Shown: piece after piece, positions 12,711-25,371 of the stretch
Position numbering within the stretch: position 1 is the first letter of the stretch
Layout of the letters: each line of letters opens with the position of its first letter
Source of the DNA: Centroscyllium fabricii
Taxonomy: Eukaryota
Length of the DNA: 64,000 nucleotides
Assembly (NCBI GenBank): GCA_051313645.2
Contig: JBNRSN020000005.1
Location: forward strand, 142,538,001-142,602,000
Direction of reading: 5' to 3'
The notes under the pieces: generated by a model
Told to the model about the DNA's origin: nothing
Seen by the model: the letters and a program-made list of their open reading frames with translations, nothing else
The model's database searches: none
Translations under genes and position numbers: made by a program

Positions 12711-14164
12711 ACAGTCCAGTGGTAAAATTGGTCAGAAAACAGCTGCTGCCAATTTTAGAAATTTTACTGGCGAGTGTCTTTCTGAAACAGGTTCTCATTG
12801 AAGCAAGTAAAAGGAGCTAATCGGGAATGACATTTGCCAGAGTTCATAGTTATGTTCAGAATGATCATTGGATACACAAGAGAAAAAATACACAGCTAAT
12901 AACATACGTACATATATGGTACTTTTCAAGTGCAAACTTGGATTTACTCTTTTACTTGATACTGGAAGTGAAGGGTGCAAAATTTTAATGAAACTCAGCA
13001 ATATATTGTGAATAAACCTATTGTAGAGTAACAATACATGATTATACTTTTATTTACAAACAGAAGCATAATAAGATGTGAAAACAATAGTACTTTACCA
13101 TATTTATAACATCAGCACCCTTATACAATCAACATTAAGATTTTGTAGTTATCAGAGTTTAGGAAATAAGACAATATGAAATAACAACTGGACACGTTTG
13201 TATTGATAAGAGAATGTCAAGGATGTGTTTTGTGATAAGAACTGGGATATACAGAACCACTATACAGTACTAATCCATCCTGAGCCTTATCGCTACTGAT
13301 CAACCTTCTCTCTCATACTGTGCATGTAATTGCAGTGATTTGTGTTGATGGAAAATTCAGCAAGATAATGAAAAAGAAGCATACCTAGATTAACCGATAA
13401 ATTCCTGAAAACACACCTAAATAAGGCTTACTTTAAAACTACCAGTAATACTGGAAATGCACAACATGGTCATTAGATATTGGATTACACGACACTTGCA
13501 TCAGTTTCTTTTGACATGATAGCTCATATCATTTATTGTTTTCCACTGAAAGATTTTAGGACATCAGGTCAGTTGAGTTTAGGAGCATGAAAAAAAGAAC
13601 GTGCTCAATTTACAATCAGCCCAAACCAAAGAATGTTTAGGTTCTTTCTTTATGTTCAAGATATTTACAATGCACTGAGTGTTGTGAAAGACAAAGACAT
13701 TAAAATAAAGTTCACAATTATTAAACTTCATTCTTTATCTTGTGGAAAAAGAGTTGGCTGTGTATCCCTCAAAAGGTGTTAAGTCATTATCAAATTCCAT
13801 ATATAAATATGTAGGGAATCTACTAAGTGATCATTGATGTTGATTGCTGGGGAAGCATAAAAAATTCTCACAATCACAAAATATATGACGAGATGCTACC
13901 ACGTTTGCTGGGAATGCATATTGGGAATTTGGGTGCACATCCCTCCTTTAATTTTCGTTCCATTAATGGACAGAAAATCTTGGGGCTGCATCCTAAATTT
14001 TTGATATGGGCTCCCAACAAATGAAACTCTGCGAGTGCAAATGTGTAAAATTATCCCTAAAATGTTTTACACAGATTTTAACTACTCTCAACTATAAATA
14101 GTTTTGGATAAGTATATATATTTGAAATGTAAAAATACAAATGGGAAAACACAACACAAAACAA

Positions 14165-14590
14165 AGAAATAAGAACAGAAAATGCTGGAAATAGTCAGCA
14201 GGTCAGGTAGCATTTGTGGAGAGAGAAACAGAGTTAACGTTTCAGGTCGACATTTCAGGCTGGTAACATTTCGTCAGAACTGGTAAATGTTAGAGATGTA
14301 ATAGTTTTTAAGTAGGTACAGGGGCAGGGAAAGGGGAGGGGAGGAAAGAACAAAAGGGAAGGTCTGTGATATGGTGGAAGACAGGGGAGATTAAATGACG
14401 AAAGGGGATGATTGTGTGAGGCGAAAGGGGGCGGTACTGGGACAAGTGGGAAACAGAAAGCAATGAAGGTGAACAAGGTAAAAGAGACAAACAGAAATCT
14501 CATCCATAGATGCTGTTTGACCTACTGAGTGCTTCCAGCATTTTCTCTTTCTATTTCGGATTTTCAGCATCTGTAGTATTTTGCTGTTGT
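14165..14590. mobile_element. Penelope-like element terminal remnant with inverted repeats
   Basis: gaaaatgctggaaatagtcagcaggtcagg..catttgtgga (~14178-14220) is inverted at ~14502-14546; degenerate hammerhead motif on - at 14231-14280. Confidence 0.6.
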
Positions 14591-14675
14591 TTTTGCTTAT
14601 ATAAAACAAAGATGTGCATGCATCTTTGGGTACGGTTATTAAATTTGTTTATGGATTAATGACAGGTGTTTCACC

Positions 14676-15070
14676 AACAACAACTTTCATTTATATAGCG
14701 CTTTTAACATAGTAAAACATCCCAAGGTGCTTCACAGGAGTGTAATCAGACAAAAATTGACACCGAGCCAAAGAAGGAGACATTAGGTGAAGAGGTTTGG
14801 GGAGGGAATTCCAGAGCTTCGGGCCTAGATGGTTGAAGGCATGGCCGCCAATTATAGGGTGAAGGAAATGGCAGATGCACAAGAGGCCAGAATTGGATGC
14901 ATGCAGAGTTCTCACTGTGTTGTAGGGCTGGAGAAGGTTACAGACATAGGGAGAGGTGAAGCCATGGAGGGATTTGAACAAGAGGATCAGAATTTTAAAA
15001 CTGAGGTGGTGGTGGACCAGGAGCCAATGTAGGTCAGTGAGCACAGGGATGATGGATGAATATGACAGGC
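14676..15070 (-). mobile_element. L2-like LINE 3' end
   Basis: LTDLHWLLV..FKILILLFKSLHG..GGHAFNHLGPKLWNSLP; typical tail. Confidence 0.75.
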
Positions 15071-15704
15071 AACAGAGTTTTCGAGGGTTACATTTCTAAC
15101 TATATTAGCTCCTATGTGGTCAGTTTTTATATACATCTATAATATATTTAAAAATCCTACGTCTGTGCACACTTCCTCCCTAAATTCCTATGTCCACATT
15201 TATAATAGAAACTGATTATGTACACTGTAATTACATCCTGCCCCCAGCCGTGGCAATGAAGCACCTCAGCTTAGCCTCTCCCTTACGCTCCAACCAACTC
15301 TGCTTCTCAAATTCCTGTAAGTTTTGCCATTTAAATATGAATAATAAACTGAACATATTATATGAAAAAATTAAGAACTGAATATGTGGCTTTAAATTGG
15401 GGTCTGAATTCTGTCTGTGTACCCTGGTCCTATCATCCTCCGCCCTTTATTGCCACGTCACATCACCTGACAATTAGACTTAGTATTGACTCCCCATGTG
15501 AAATGCCACAGCAGATAGACTAGTAATAATACAAAATTGAAGCATTATATAAAAATAGGAAAAGATATGACTTTTAAAATGGGCACAGAATGAGACCTCT
15601 GTGCCTCTGTCCAATTCTCCCCCTCTCTCTAACCCTGCTTCACTTCATGATCACTCACTGTATACATTAAAAAAGTGAGTGCTAATTCAGTCACATATAG
15701 AGAA

Positions 15705-16155
15705 AAGAATGAAAGACTTACATTTATATAGCGCCTTTCATGACCACCAGACGTCTCAAAGTGCTTTAAAGCCAATGAAGTACTTTTGGAGTGTAGTCAC
15801 TGTTATAATGTGGGAAATGCGGCAGCCAATTTATGCACAGCAAACTCCCACAAACAGCACTGTGATAATGACCAGATAATCTGTTTTTGTTATGTTGATT
15901 GAGGGATAAATATTGGCCAGGACACCGAGGATAACTCCCCTGCTCATCTTCGAAATAGTGCTGTGGGATCTTTTATGTCCATCTGAGAGAGCAGATGGGA
16001 CCTCAATTTAAAGTCTCATCCAAAAGACGGCACCTCCGACAGTGCAGCACTCCCTCAGCACTGCACTGGAGTGTCAGCCTAGATTTGTGTGCTCAAGACC
16101 CACAACCTTCTGACTCAGAGTCGAGTGTGCTACCCACTGAGCCACAGCTGACACG
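15705..16155 (-). mobile_element. tRNA-derived Deu-domain SINE (SacSINE1-like)
   Basis: tRNA-like head (rc of acccactgagccacagctgac), central core ctgacactccagtgcagtgctgagggagtgctgcactgtcggaggtgccgtc, L2-like tail. Confidence 0.7.
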
Positions 16156-16559
16156 GACACAGAGGGGCATTTCTGAGGTTTGTGATTGGCCTGAAATATT
16201 TTAATGACAGGGATATTGACCAATAAGGAGAGAGATAAGACAGCCCAACAAATTCTAAATTCTTTGATTGGATTGACGTGTTTCATTAACAAAGCTCTCA
16301 TCAGTCACAGTGTAACAAACAATGTTTCTCTGAGATACTGCCAGCAAACAGGCTCTATACATCTATGTTCTCTGTTATAAACAAAATGGAAAATTGAGCA
16401 ATCACAGCAAAAATGGAAATGTGATCGCCGTGCTCCTGCGATCCTTCATGCACTTGCAGCAGGGAGCTTAACTTGTCTGATTTAGATTTAGTGAGATCAT
16501 CTCAAATATGATCATTTGAAAGTGCGCCCTGCACATCTTCCATGAGCACAGTGGGTGCA

Positions 16560-17250
16560 ATGGATGGAAGGGGTAGGGAGTCAAAGTTAAACACTTTCTA
16601 TAGTTTTTGAATCCAAGTCATTTACGTAATTAAAAATAGTCGTGGTCCCAATACTGAGCCCTGGGACATCCCTCTCAGTACTTTCCCCCAACCTGACAAA
16701 ACCTCTCACGAGTAATCATTTTTTTTAACCCTTCAACCAGCTTCTTATCCAGTCACAGAGATCGTAAATTTCCACAGCTTTGAGTTTAACTAATAATCTC
16801 TCACATAGAACTTTGGTACTTAATGTCATTGGGCTTTCCATTGGGATGTCAGTTCCTCAAAGTCCAGGAGGTTGGTATGACAGGACTGTCCCCTTGTAAA
16901 GTTCTGACTGCTGTTTACTAGATTATTATCGTACCGATAATCCTCAAGTTTACTCCTAATTATTGATTCCATTATTTTACATCAAATGGAAGACAGACTA
17001 AATGAGTCTATAAGTTGCCCATGTGTGTTCTGTCACCCCTTTTAAATGCAGTATGCTGTACCACACTGGCCTATTTCCATTCTACTGGTACCTTTGTAGT
17101 GTTCAGTGTCCTCATCATAATAGTGGTTAGTGCCTCACAAATCTCCACCCTATCTCTCCCAGAACTCTAGAACATATACCATCTATCACTAGTCCTTTAT
17201 TTCTTTTTTGCCCTTTAAACCTGTCTAGGACCACCATCTCATTTATATTA
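16560..17250 (-). mobile_element. Highly decayed CR1-type RT fragment
   Basis: Reverse strand of 16610-16670 gives a PQGSVLGP..LF..NDLD-like segment; boundaries approximate. Confidence 0.5.
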
Positions 17251-17259
17251 AGCAGTGAA

Positions 17260-17770
17260 GGACATTCAGCCTCCGATCTTCGGGTAAGCATTCTCCAAGG
17301 CGGCCTTCGAGACACACGACAACGCAAAATCGTCGAGCAGAGGCTGACAGCCAAATTCCGCACCCATGAGGACGGCCTCAACCGTGATATCGGCTTCATG
17401 TCACGCTACATGTGACCCTGCCAAACGTAGAGTCATCCAGACCAGAGACATCTTTGTCTTGTAAGGAAATTCCTTTTTTTTAAATCATTGTGTGTTTTCG
17501 CACAGACAAGAGGACTGCAGCATTTGACCCTTTGTGACTGTGCCTCATTGATCTAAGACTGATATGTTAAAATATGTTAATACACCTTTGTCTGCTCTGT
17601 TTGTCTCTTTGCTAAGGTGAGATGTGGGAGAGATCAGATTTCTCTCTCCCTTGCATATGTGCTTTCTTTGGATCAACCTCTCTTCCACCTGACGAAGGAG
17701 CAGCGCTCCAAAAGCTTGTGATTTAAAATAAAACTGCTGGACTATAACCTGGTGCTGTGTGACTTCTTGT
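17260..17770 (+). mobile_element. Penelope-like element 3' fragment (GIY-YIG C-terminus plus terminal repeat)
   Basis: HSASDLRVSILQGGLRDTRQRKIVEQRLTAKFRTHEDGLNRD; terminal repeat with a hammerhead-like motif, shared with ~54190 and ~58370. Confidence 0.72.
17686..17720 (+). ncRNA. Minimal hammerhead ribozyme motif, core mutated (GAAA->AAAA)
   Basis: CAC CTGACGA A GGAGC AGC GCTCC AAAA GCTT GTG. Confidence 0.55.
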
Positions 17771-18329
17771 GTTTATATTAAAGTTATTGATTTTACTTTG
17801 GATATCTCTGTGGCATGTTGTTGCCCATGTCTTCCAGTGCGAATACTTGGGGAAGTAATCAGTCAGAATATTCACAATATTAGGAAACTAATGGTTTTCT
17901 TCATTCTGCAAATTAAACTATATAGTATAACCGAACATTGATTACGTTGGGCAAACAAAGGGGAAATCACAGACATACTGTCCCTCTCAGTCTTTTATGT
18001 CATTCACACAGACCTCCCCTTCCCACTTATTGTACACAGCGGTTTCCGGTGTGTGTGTCTCAGCTCCTTTCATTTCAATAAATGGAATATCAATGTAGAA
18101 TTAGAAGACTAAATTAAAAACAAATCATTTAAATTTGGCTTAGTTTTATAAATATACAAGTCTTAGGGCACCAAATTAGAGAGGGGGAAATGTAGGTTTT
18201 GAAGATGGACAGAGACATAACAAGGTGCAGGGGTGTCATGTTTTGGGTTTTTTGACCATTTTTCCACAGAAAGGATTTGAGAATGAGTTATGTTTAATTG
18301 TAGTATTTTAAAATTAAATTCACACAGGT

Positions 18330-19925
18330 TGATTCTTATAGCATGTGCTGCAGCCACTGAGACAAAGAGGGGATTGATGTGTTAATGTGCCAACTGTCCT
18401 TACTGTTCAGCACAATGGCTGGGGACAATAAGTAATTTGTTATCTTATTTCTGACTACTGGCAGGCTATCCCCTCAAGATGGTATTCTTGGGTATCCAGC
18501 AGGGGGTTGTCAGCTGACAATATACTCTTGGGAGGGAAGCAGCCAGTTTGGTTGACAGGCCTATTGGTGAATCCTGGAATAGCAAAGTTGGGTGGACAGC
18601 CTTCCCACTTCCTGTGAACACAGGGAGAAAAAGGACAAAAAGGACACACAAGGTCAGTCAGAATGGTTGCTGAAAGACAAAAAAGGCTGAGGCTGTTTAT
18701 TGTAAGCCCACCAAGCACATGTCTGCTTCATTGTTAGGCAGACTGTTAGCAAGTGTATTTAGGCCTCTAATCGGGACAGGGTTTCTTAGTTTATTATCTT
18801 TTCTTATCCATGAAGAGGGGTTTGAAGTTAAGTAAAGTAACTGAGTTTTGATTATAACTGCTACACTGTAAAATAAAACAACTTAACAACTCATATCTGG
18901 ACTTGTCTCACTAAAGTTTTATACGCCCGGCTGCTAAAGGACTGGAGAAATGCATGTGATATCCAGTTCGAATAACAAGGAAGTACGATTGTTAGACTAT
19001 CATGTTATTAGATATTGAGGAGTAGGGGAACATTCTGCCTACGGGAATGACAATAAACATTTTTTTTTAAAGCAGATCCAAAATTTGTAAGAACTGGTGG
19101 CAATGCTAGGATAATGATTTACACTAGTGATGAAGGTGACTTAAAATGTTTAAGTTGTAAAAATGAACAGAACAGACATCGACCAGATAAAAACAGGCAA
19201 AATTTGAAGTGGTGCAATTGGTAGTGGAAGAGAAAGTGAAGTTTGAGTTAAAAAAGCATGCGTTTCAATTGGAAGTTGAGCGACACAGACAGAAAGAGCT
19301 ACACAAACGGGAAGAGAGGAAATTCTAGGTCGAAGAGAAGCAGAAACTGTGCCAGTGTGAGACCATCATCAAGAAGGAGAAAGCATCATCATGCCCTGGA
19401 ACTGGCAGAGAAACATGCATTGGCAACAAGTCCAGCAAGTAAGGTTGTAAAACTCAGGACTCATCATTTTATTAAATAGAAACTGATTCCAAATTTTAAA
19501 GAGAGAGAGATGATATTCATAATTTTATCCAGGCATTTGAATTGTTAACTAGTCATCACTGGGACAGAAACGAATGGGCCAGTCAAATCACATCATTAAA
19601 CAGAAAAACACTCACATCATTCTCTTAGGTCAATAATATGGACTATGATATTGTAAAATGTGCCATTCTTGATGCTCATGATGCAACCCTTGAACATACA
19701 GGCAACTAAGAAAGAATCTGTTTGGTACTCGTGGTGAAATGATTATTGAGCTGGAAGATGTAGATAGTGAGCAAAACTATTACAGACTACGAAGGCCTTT
19801 CTCAGTTAACGTTATTGGACAGATTTCTGGAAATAGTTCCAGATGATTTAAGAATCTATTCAATTGATCAGGAGTGTAAAACCCTCATGCAGCTAGAAGC
19901 ACATGATTATTTTATGGCCTTGTAA
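18330..19925 (+). mobile_element. Decayed Gypsy (Gmr1-like) remnant: putative LTR, PBS and gag with SCAN-like segment
   Basis: TGGTGGCA PBS-like site at ~19095; DYDIVKCAILDAH (~19641) and FLEIVPDDLRIY (~19825) resemble SCAN/Gag segments; boundaries uncertain. Confidence 0.45.
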
Positions 19926-19972
19926 GCACAAGTGAGCCCTTGCACGTTATGCAATCTATTAACAGATACTAT

Positions 19973-20262
19973 TGTGGTAACCCTTGTATATAGTTGTTTA
20001 CCACTGTATTATTGTGCCAATAATGGGCTGTGCAGATGTAAGGCACAGCCCTGTATACTGTGTAATACTGTTGGGAGCCAGGTCAGCCACACCTCTAACT
20101 CCTCCCCCAGGTGAGGCCCTTTATAGGTGGAAACTGACCGAGGCTCCTCATTCCTGTACAGAAGTTCGTTCCGGAGGGTAGCTCCGTTCTTAGCGATTAA
20201 AAGCCTTTCGTTTCGGTAACTACTCGTCGACTCTTTTAATCTGAGGTATTGATGATACGTCA
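19973..20262 (+). mobile_element. Solo LTR related to the LTRs of the Gypsy element at 26333-31226
   Basis: TG...CA ends, perfect 5-bp TSD ACTAT, clear similarity to the reverse complement of 26333-26621. Confidence 0.85.
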
Positions 20263-20754
20263 ACTATGTAGGCCAGTGTGGAGAGCTGCTTTAGGAGGTG
20301 GACAAATGAAAGATCACTGAACACAAGACAAAAATGAGAAAATCAGCTAAAACAAAATCCAAGGAGAACCATTAGGATGAGGGTTATCTCTCTTGTGGTA
20401 CTTACTGTCACAATGAATCTGGAGATTCTCCACCTAAATATTACCATTTTCCTGTAATATTCTTGTACTTTACCATTTAATGCACGATCAATTATACTTG
20501 AGACGAAGTTGAGAATACAACTGAGGCTTTTATTCACTAAGAACCCGTGAACATCCTTAGGCTAACTGGCAACTCCTTGTAGTGAGGCAGGGTCCTAGAG
20601 TCTGGGCCGAGATCAGGTAGGCTGGGGGCGGAGTCAGCTTCAGGCATGCCCAGGCATGTATACACACAGGCAAGAGGCAACTATATACAAACAGTGGTTT
20701 ACCACATTCACCCGTTCTTTAAAAATGAGTCCAGCGGGGTGAAGTGAGACAAGG

Positions 20755-23700
20755 TCAAGTGTGCATGAGTCTTTCAGGAGGTCTGGTACGCCTCTGCGAT
20801 CGTCGTAGCTCCGGCTGCGGTGCAGGTCCCACAGCTTCGTCCGTACGGGGGCAGTCAGCGGTCGGCGGCTGGGTGCTTGGGTCCGGCGCGCAGTGTTCAG
20901 GGGCTAGGGGAGAAAGATCGGACACTGGCGTCTCCCGGGGGGTGGTGGGTTGCAAAAAGGGTGGGTGGTGGGGCTCGACGGCACCCGAGGGGGCGAGGTC
21001 CCGAATGGAGACCGTGTCCTCCCGCCCGTCCGGATACGTAATGCAGGCGTATTGGGGGTTTGTGTGGAGGAGTTGGACTCTTTCGACGAGGGGGTCGGTC
21101 TTATGGCTCCTGACGTGTTTCCGGAGCAGGACGACCCCTGGGGACGTCAGCCAAGATGGGAGTGATGTCCCCGAGGTGGACTTCCTGGGGAAGACAAACA
21201 TTTTGTCATGAGGGGTAGCGTTTATGGCCGTACAGAGAAGGGATTGGATGGCATGGAGTGCATCAGGGAGAACGTCTTGCCAGCGCGAGACTGGATGGCC
21301 CCTGGACTTTAGAGCTAGCAGGGTGGCCTTCCAGACTGTAGCGTTCTCCCTCTCCACCTGTCCATTTCCCCGGGGGTTCTAGCTGGTAGTCCTGCTCGTG
21401 GCGACTCCTCTTGCAAGCAGGTACTGCCGCATCTTGTCGCTCATAAACAAGGAACCCCGGTCGCTATGAATATAGCTGGGGAACCCGAACAGGGCAAAGA
21501 GATTGTGCAGGGCCTTGATAACCGTGGCAGAGGTCATGTCAGGGCAGGGGATGGCGAAGGGGAAACGTGAGTACTCATCAATAATGGTGAGAAAGTACAC
21601 GTTGCGGTCGGAGGAGGAGGAGGGGAGGGGTCCCTTGAAATCGATGCTCAGGCGCTCGAAGGGACGGGTGGCCTTGATCAGTTGTGCCCTGTCTGGCCTG
21701 TAAAAGTGGTTTGCACTCGGTGCAGACCTGGCAGTTCCTGGTCATGGTCCTGACCTCCTCAATGGAGTAGGGCAGGTTGCGGGCCTTGATGAAATGGAAG
21801 AACCGGGTGACCCCCGGGTGGCAGAGGTCGTTGTGGAGGGACTGCAGTCGATCCACCTGCGTGCTGGCGCATGTTCCCTGGGATAGGGCCTCCGGGGGCT
21901 CGTTGAACTTCCCGGGCCTGTACAAGATGTCGTAGTTGTAGGTGGAGAGTTCAATTCTCCACCTCAATATCTTGTCGTTTTTGATTTCACCCCGCTGCTT
22001 GTTGCTAAACATGAAAGCAACTGAGCGCTGGTCAGTGAGCAGGGTAAACCGTTGACTGGCCAGGTAATGCCTCCAGTGGTGCACAGCTTCCACTATGGCC
22101 TGGGCCTCCTTCTCGACAGAGGAGTGTCAAGTCTCGGGGCCTTGGAGGGTTCGTGAGAAGGCGGCCACGGGTCTGCCCGCCTGGTTAAGGGTGGCAGCCA
22201 GGGCAAAGTCGGACGTATCGCTCTCCACCTGAAACGGGGCGGATTCGTCCACCGCGTGCATGGTGGCCTTAGCGATGTCCCCTTTGATGTAGCTGAAGGC
22301 CAGATGGGCCTCTGTCGTTAGGGGGAAGGAGGTGGACTTAAGGAGCGGGCGGGCCTTGTCCGCAAAGTTAGGGACCCACTGGGCGTAGTAGGAGAAGAAG
22401 CCCAAGCATCTTCTCAGGGCCTTTTGGCAATGGGGGAGGGGGAGTTCCATGAGGGGGCACATGCGGTCTGGTCGGGGCCAATGACCCCGTTTTCCACGAC
22501 ACAGCCAAGAATAGCAAGGCGGGCTGTGCGGAACATGCATTTCTCCTCGTTATAGGTGAGGTTAAGGAGTTGGGCCATGCAAAGCAATTTTTCCAGGTTG
22601 GCGTCATGGTCCTGCAGGTCATGGCCACAGATGGTGACGTTGTCTAGGTACGGGAACGTGGCCAGCAGCCCGTGCCGGTCAACCATACGGTCCATCTCCC
22701 GTTGGAAAACCGAGACACCATTGGTGACCCCGAAGGGGACCCTGAGGAAGTGGTGGAGGCGGCCATTAGCCTCAAAGGCAGTATATCGGCGGTCCGCGGG
22801 GCGGATGGGGAGCTGGTGATAAGCTGATTTCAGGTCAATGGTGGAGAACACCTTGTACTGCGCAATCTGATTGACCATGTCAGATATGCGGGGAAGGGGG
22901 TATGCGTCCAACTGCGTAAAGCGGTTGATAGTCTGGCTGTAGTCGATGACCAATTGGTGCTTTTCACCGGTCTTAACGACGACTACCTGGGCCCTCCAGG
23001 GGCTGGTGCTAGCCTCAATCACCCCCTCCTTCAGGAGCCGCTGTACCTCGGACTTGATGAAAGCCCTGTCCCCAGCACTGTATCTCCTGCTCTTAATGGC
23101 TATGGGTTTACAGTCTGGGGTGAGGTTTGCGAACAGTAGGGGAGGGGTGACTTTGAGAGTCGAGAGGCTGCAGACGGTGCGCGGTTTAAGGGCTGCTGGC
23201 TGCAGACAGTGAGAGGGGGAAGGGGCCTCCCGTATGCCATTGTAACGCTGTTAAGGTGGGTTTGGGTGTCTAACCCCAGAAGGATGGCAGCGCAGAGATT
23301 GGGCAGGACTAGAAGTTTGAAATCCTTGTTCACTGCGCCTTTCACCGACAGGGTTACCACGCAGTAACCGCTGACATCCACGGTCTGGGATTTGGAAGCG
23401 AGGGAGATGCGCTGGTGCATGGGCCGAGTGGAGAGCGAGTGGCGGCGCACCGTGTCGGGGTGGATAAAGCTTGCTGTGCTCCCCGAGTCAAACAGGCAGT
23501 TTGTGGTGCAGCCGTTTACCTTAATGTCCATCATGGACTTCGTGAGGTGGTGGGGCTGGGACTGGTCCATGGTAATGGAAGCTAGTACCGAGATTGGTGG
23601 CTCATCGCAGCTAGCAGGGGAGCCGGGTCGGTCCGCGGCTGGAGGCATCCAAGATGGCGGACAAGATGGCGGCTCCCATTAGTCGCACATGGTGGGGGGT

Positions 23701-24532
23701 GTCCAAGATGGCCGCGAGGTCGGTTTGCACGCGGCGCTGCTGGGCCTGGGTGACGACTTGCAGACTATCGCGTAGTGTCCCTTCTGGCAACGCGTGCACG
23801 TAGCGTCCTTCGCCGGACAGCGCCGTCTGGAGTGCTTTGCTTTGCCACAGAAATAGCACTTCTGGCTCCGGGACACCGCCGCGGTGGTCGGGCCGTTCGC
23901 GGGGTGAGGCGAGGGTGGCGCGGCATAGGGCGTCGGGCCTGGCGTGTTCCAAGCTGGCGGCTCCCGCGTGGTCCACAGGGCGGCCATGTGGCTGGGTGCG
24001 TACGCCTCCATACTCCGATGAGCCCCGTCGACGCGAGTCCGATGTCTGTGGCCTTCTTCAGGGACAGTCTGCCCAGTTCCAGCAGTCTCTTCTGGGTGTA
24101 GTCCGATTGTACGCCTGCGACAACGGCGTCCCGGACCAGCAGCTCCCTGTGCTCATCTGCCGAGGCCGTTTCACAGTTGCAGGCTCTGCTGAGCTCCGTC
24201 AAAGCCCGCACGAAACCAGCGAAACTCTCACTGGGCCGTTGCTTGCGGGTCAGCAGGAGGTGCCTGGCGAAAATTGTGTTGGTCGGGCGCTCGTACTGTT
24301 CCTTGAGGAGGACCATCGCCGATGTGTAGGAGGTCGGTCCCTTGATGAGTTGGAACACTCGGTGATGGACCCGGGACTGCAGCAGTGAGAGTTTGTGGGC
24401 GTCCGTCTGGACAGTGTTGGCGGAGAATGCCAGGAATCCCTCGAAACAGGTTCGCCAGTGGGAGAAGCCGCTTGGCGCCTCCGGTGCGCTCGGGTCGAGT
24501 TCCAGGGTGGATGGCTTCAGGAGTTCTTCCAT
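20755..24532 (-). pseudogene. gag-pol of Gypsy A (frameshifted)
   Basis: gag from ATG 24532; zinc knuckles CYFCGKAKH..C; protease LFDSGS; RT SPW, DAYPLPRI, YLDNV; RNase H ESDTSD; integrase HSDRG, ERENATVWK. Confidence 0.88.
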
Positions 24533-24542
24533 CTCAAAACTT

Positions 24543-24555
24543 TTAGTGAATAAAA
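24543..24555 (-). promoter_or_regulatory. Non-tRNA primer-binding site of Gypsy A, complementary to its own LTR (24607-24619)
   Basis: Sense TTTTATTCACTAA, 1 nt after the 5' LTR, is the exact complement of sense TTAGTGAATAAAA in the LTR. Confidence 0.7.
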
Positions 24556-24789
24556 TTGATGCACGATCAATTATACTCGAGACGAAGTTGAGAATACAAC
24601 TGAGGCTTTTATTCACTAAGAACCCTGGAACATCCTTAGGCTGACTGGCAACTCCTTGTAGTGAGCCAGGCTCCCAGAGTCTGGGCCTATATCAGGTAGG
24701 CTGGGGGCGGAGTAAGCTTCAGGCATCCCAGGCATGTATACACACAGGCAAGAGGCAACTATATACAAACAGTGGTTTACCACATCATT

Positions 24790-24910
24790 TGATTAGTTTC
24801 CTACATTACAACAGTGACTGCACTTCAAAAAGTACTTAATTGTCTGTAAAGCGCTTTGGGGACGTCCGGTGACCATGAATGGCGCCATATAAATGCAAGC
24901 CTTTTTTTTT
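24790..24910 (+). mobile_element. SINE/L2-type 3' tail fragment
   Basis: cctacattacaacagtgac..cttcaaaaagtactt..gtaaagcgctttggg..atataaatgcaag, matching the tail of the SINE at 15705. Confidence 0.6.
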
Positions 24911-25371
24911 AGATGAATGTTAAGAGCACATAACAAGACTGCAACACACTCAAAGCGTTCTTATGTTGTAAAACCTTGAGTGAATGCAATACAATTTATA
25001 TAGTTATTGGAATGGAGATTGGGAAATGTGTTCAATTTACAGCAGCACCATTCATGTTCAACCACCAACTTTTAACCATTTAGATTTATGCCTTTTGCTC
25101 CTGTACAAAATGGTCATCCTTTGAGGTTAGATCATATTTCAGGAACAGCTTTAGATACTGTACTAAAAATGTTCTGTTATAAAACTAAGTAAAGTAGAAA
25201 GAAGATCCAGTTTATCAAAACACAAACACTTTTTTGATTTTGTACATAATAAAATACCTGAACATTAGCTGTGGTCCTAAAATTTACGACACGGGTTTCT
25301 GCACTGCAGCTTCAAATTGCATGGCTTGGTAGTTGAAAAACAAGTCGTTCTTGCATTCGTGCCCAATAAGC

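Larger units (their letters stand above)
20478..24784 (-). mobile_element. Full-length Gypsy/Ty3 LTR retrotransposon A (defective)
   Basis: LTRs 20478-20706 and 24557-24784; TSD CCATT/TCATT; polypurine tract next to the 3' LTR; gag-PR-RT-RNaseH-IN order. Confidence 0.93.
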
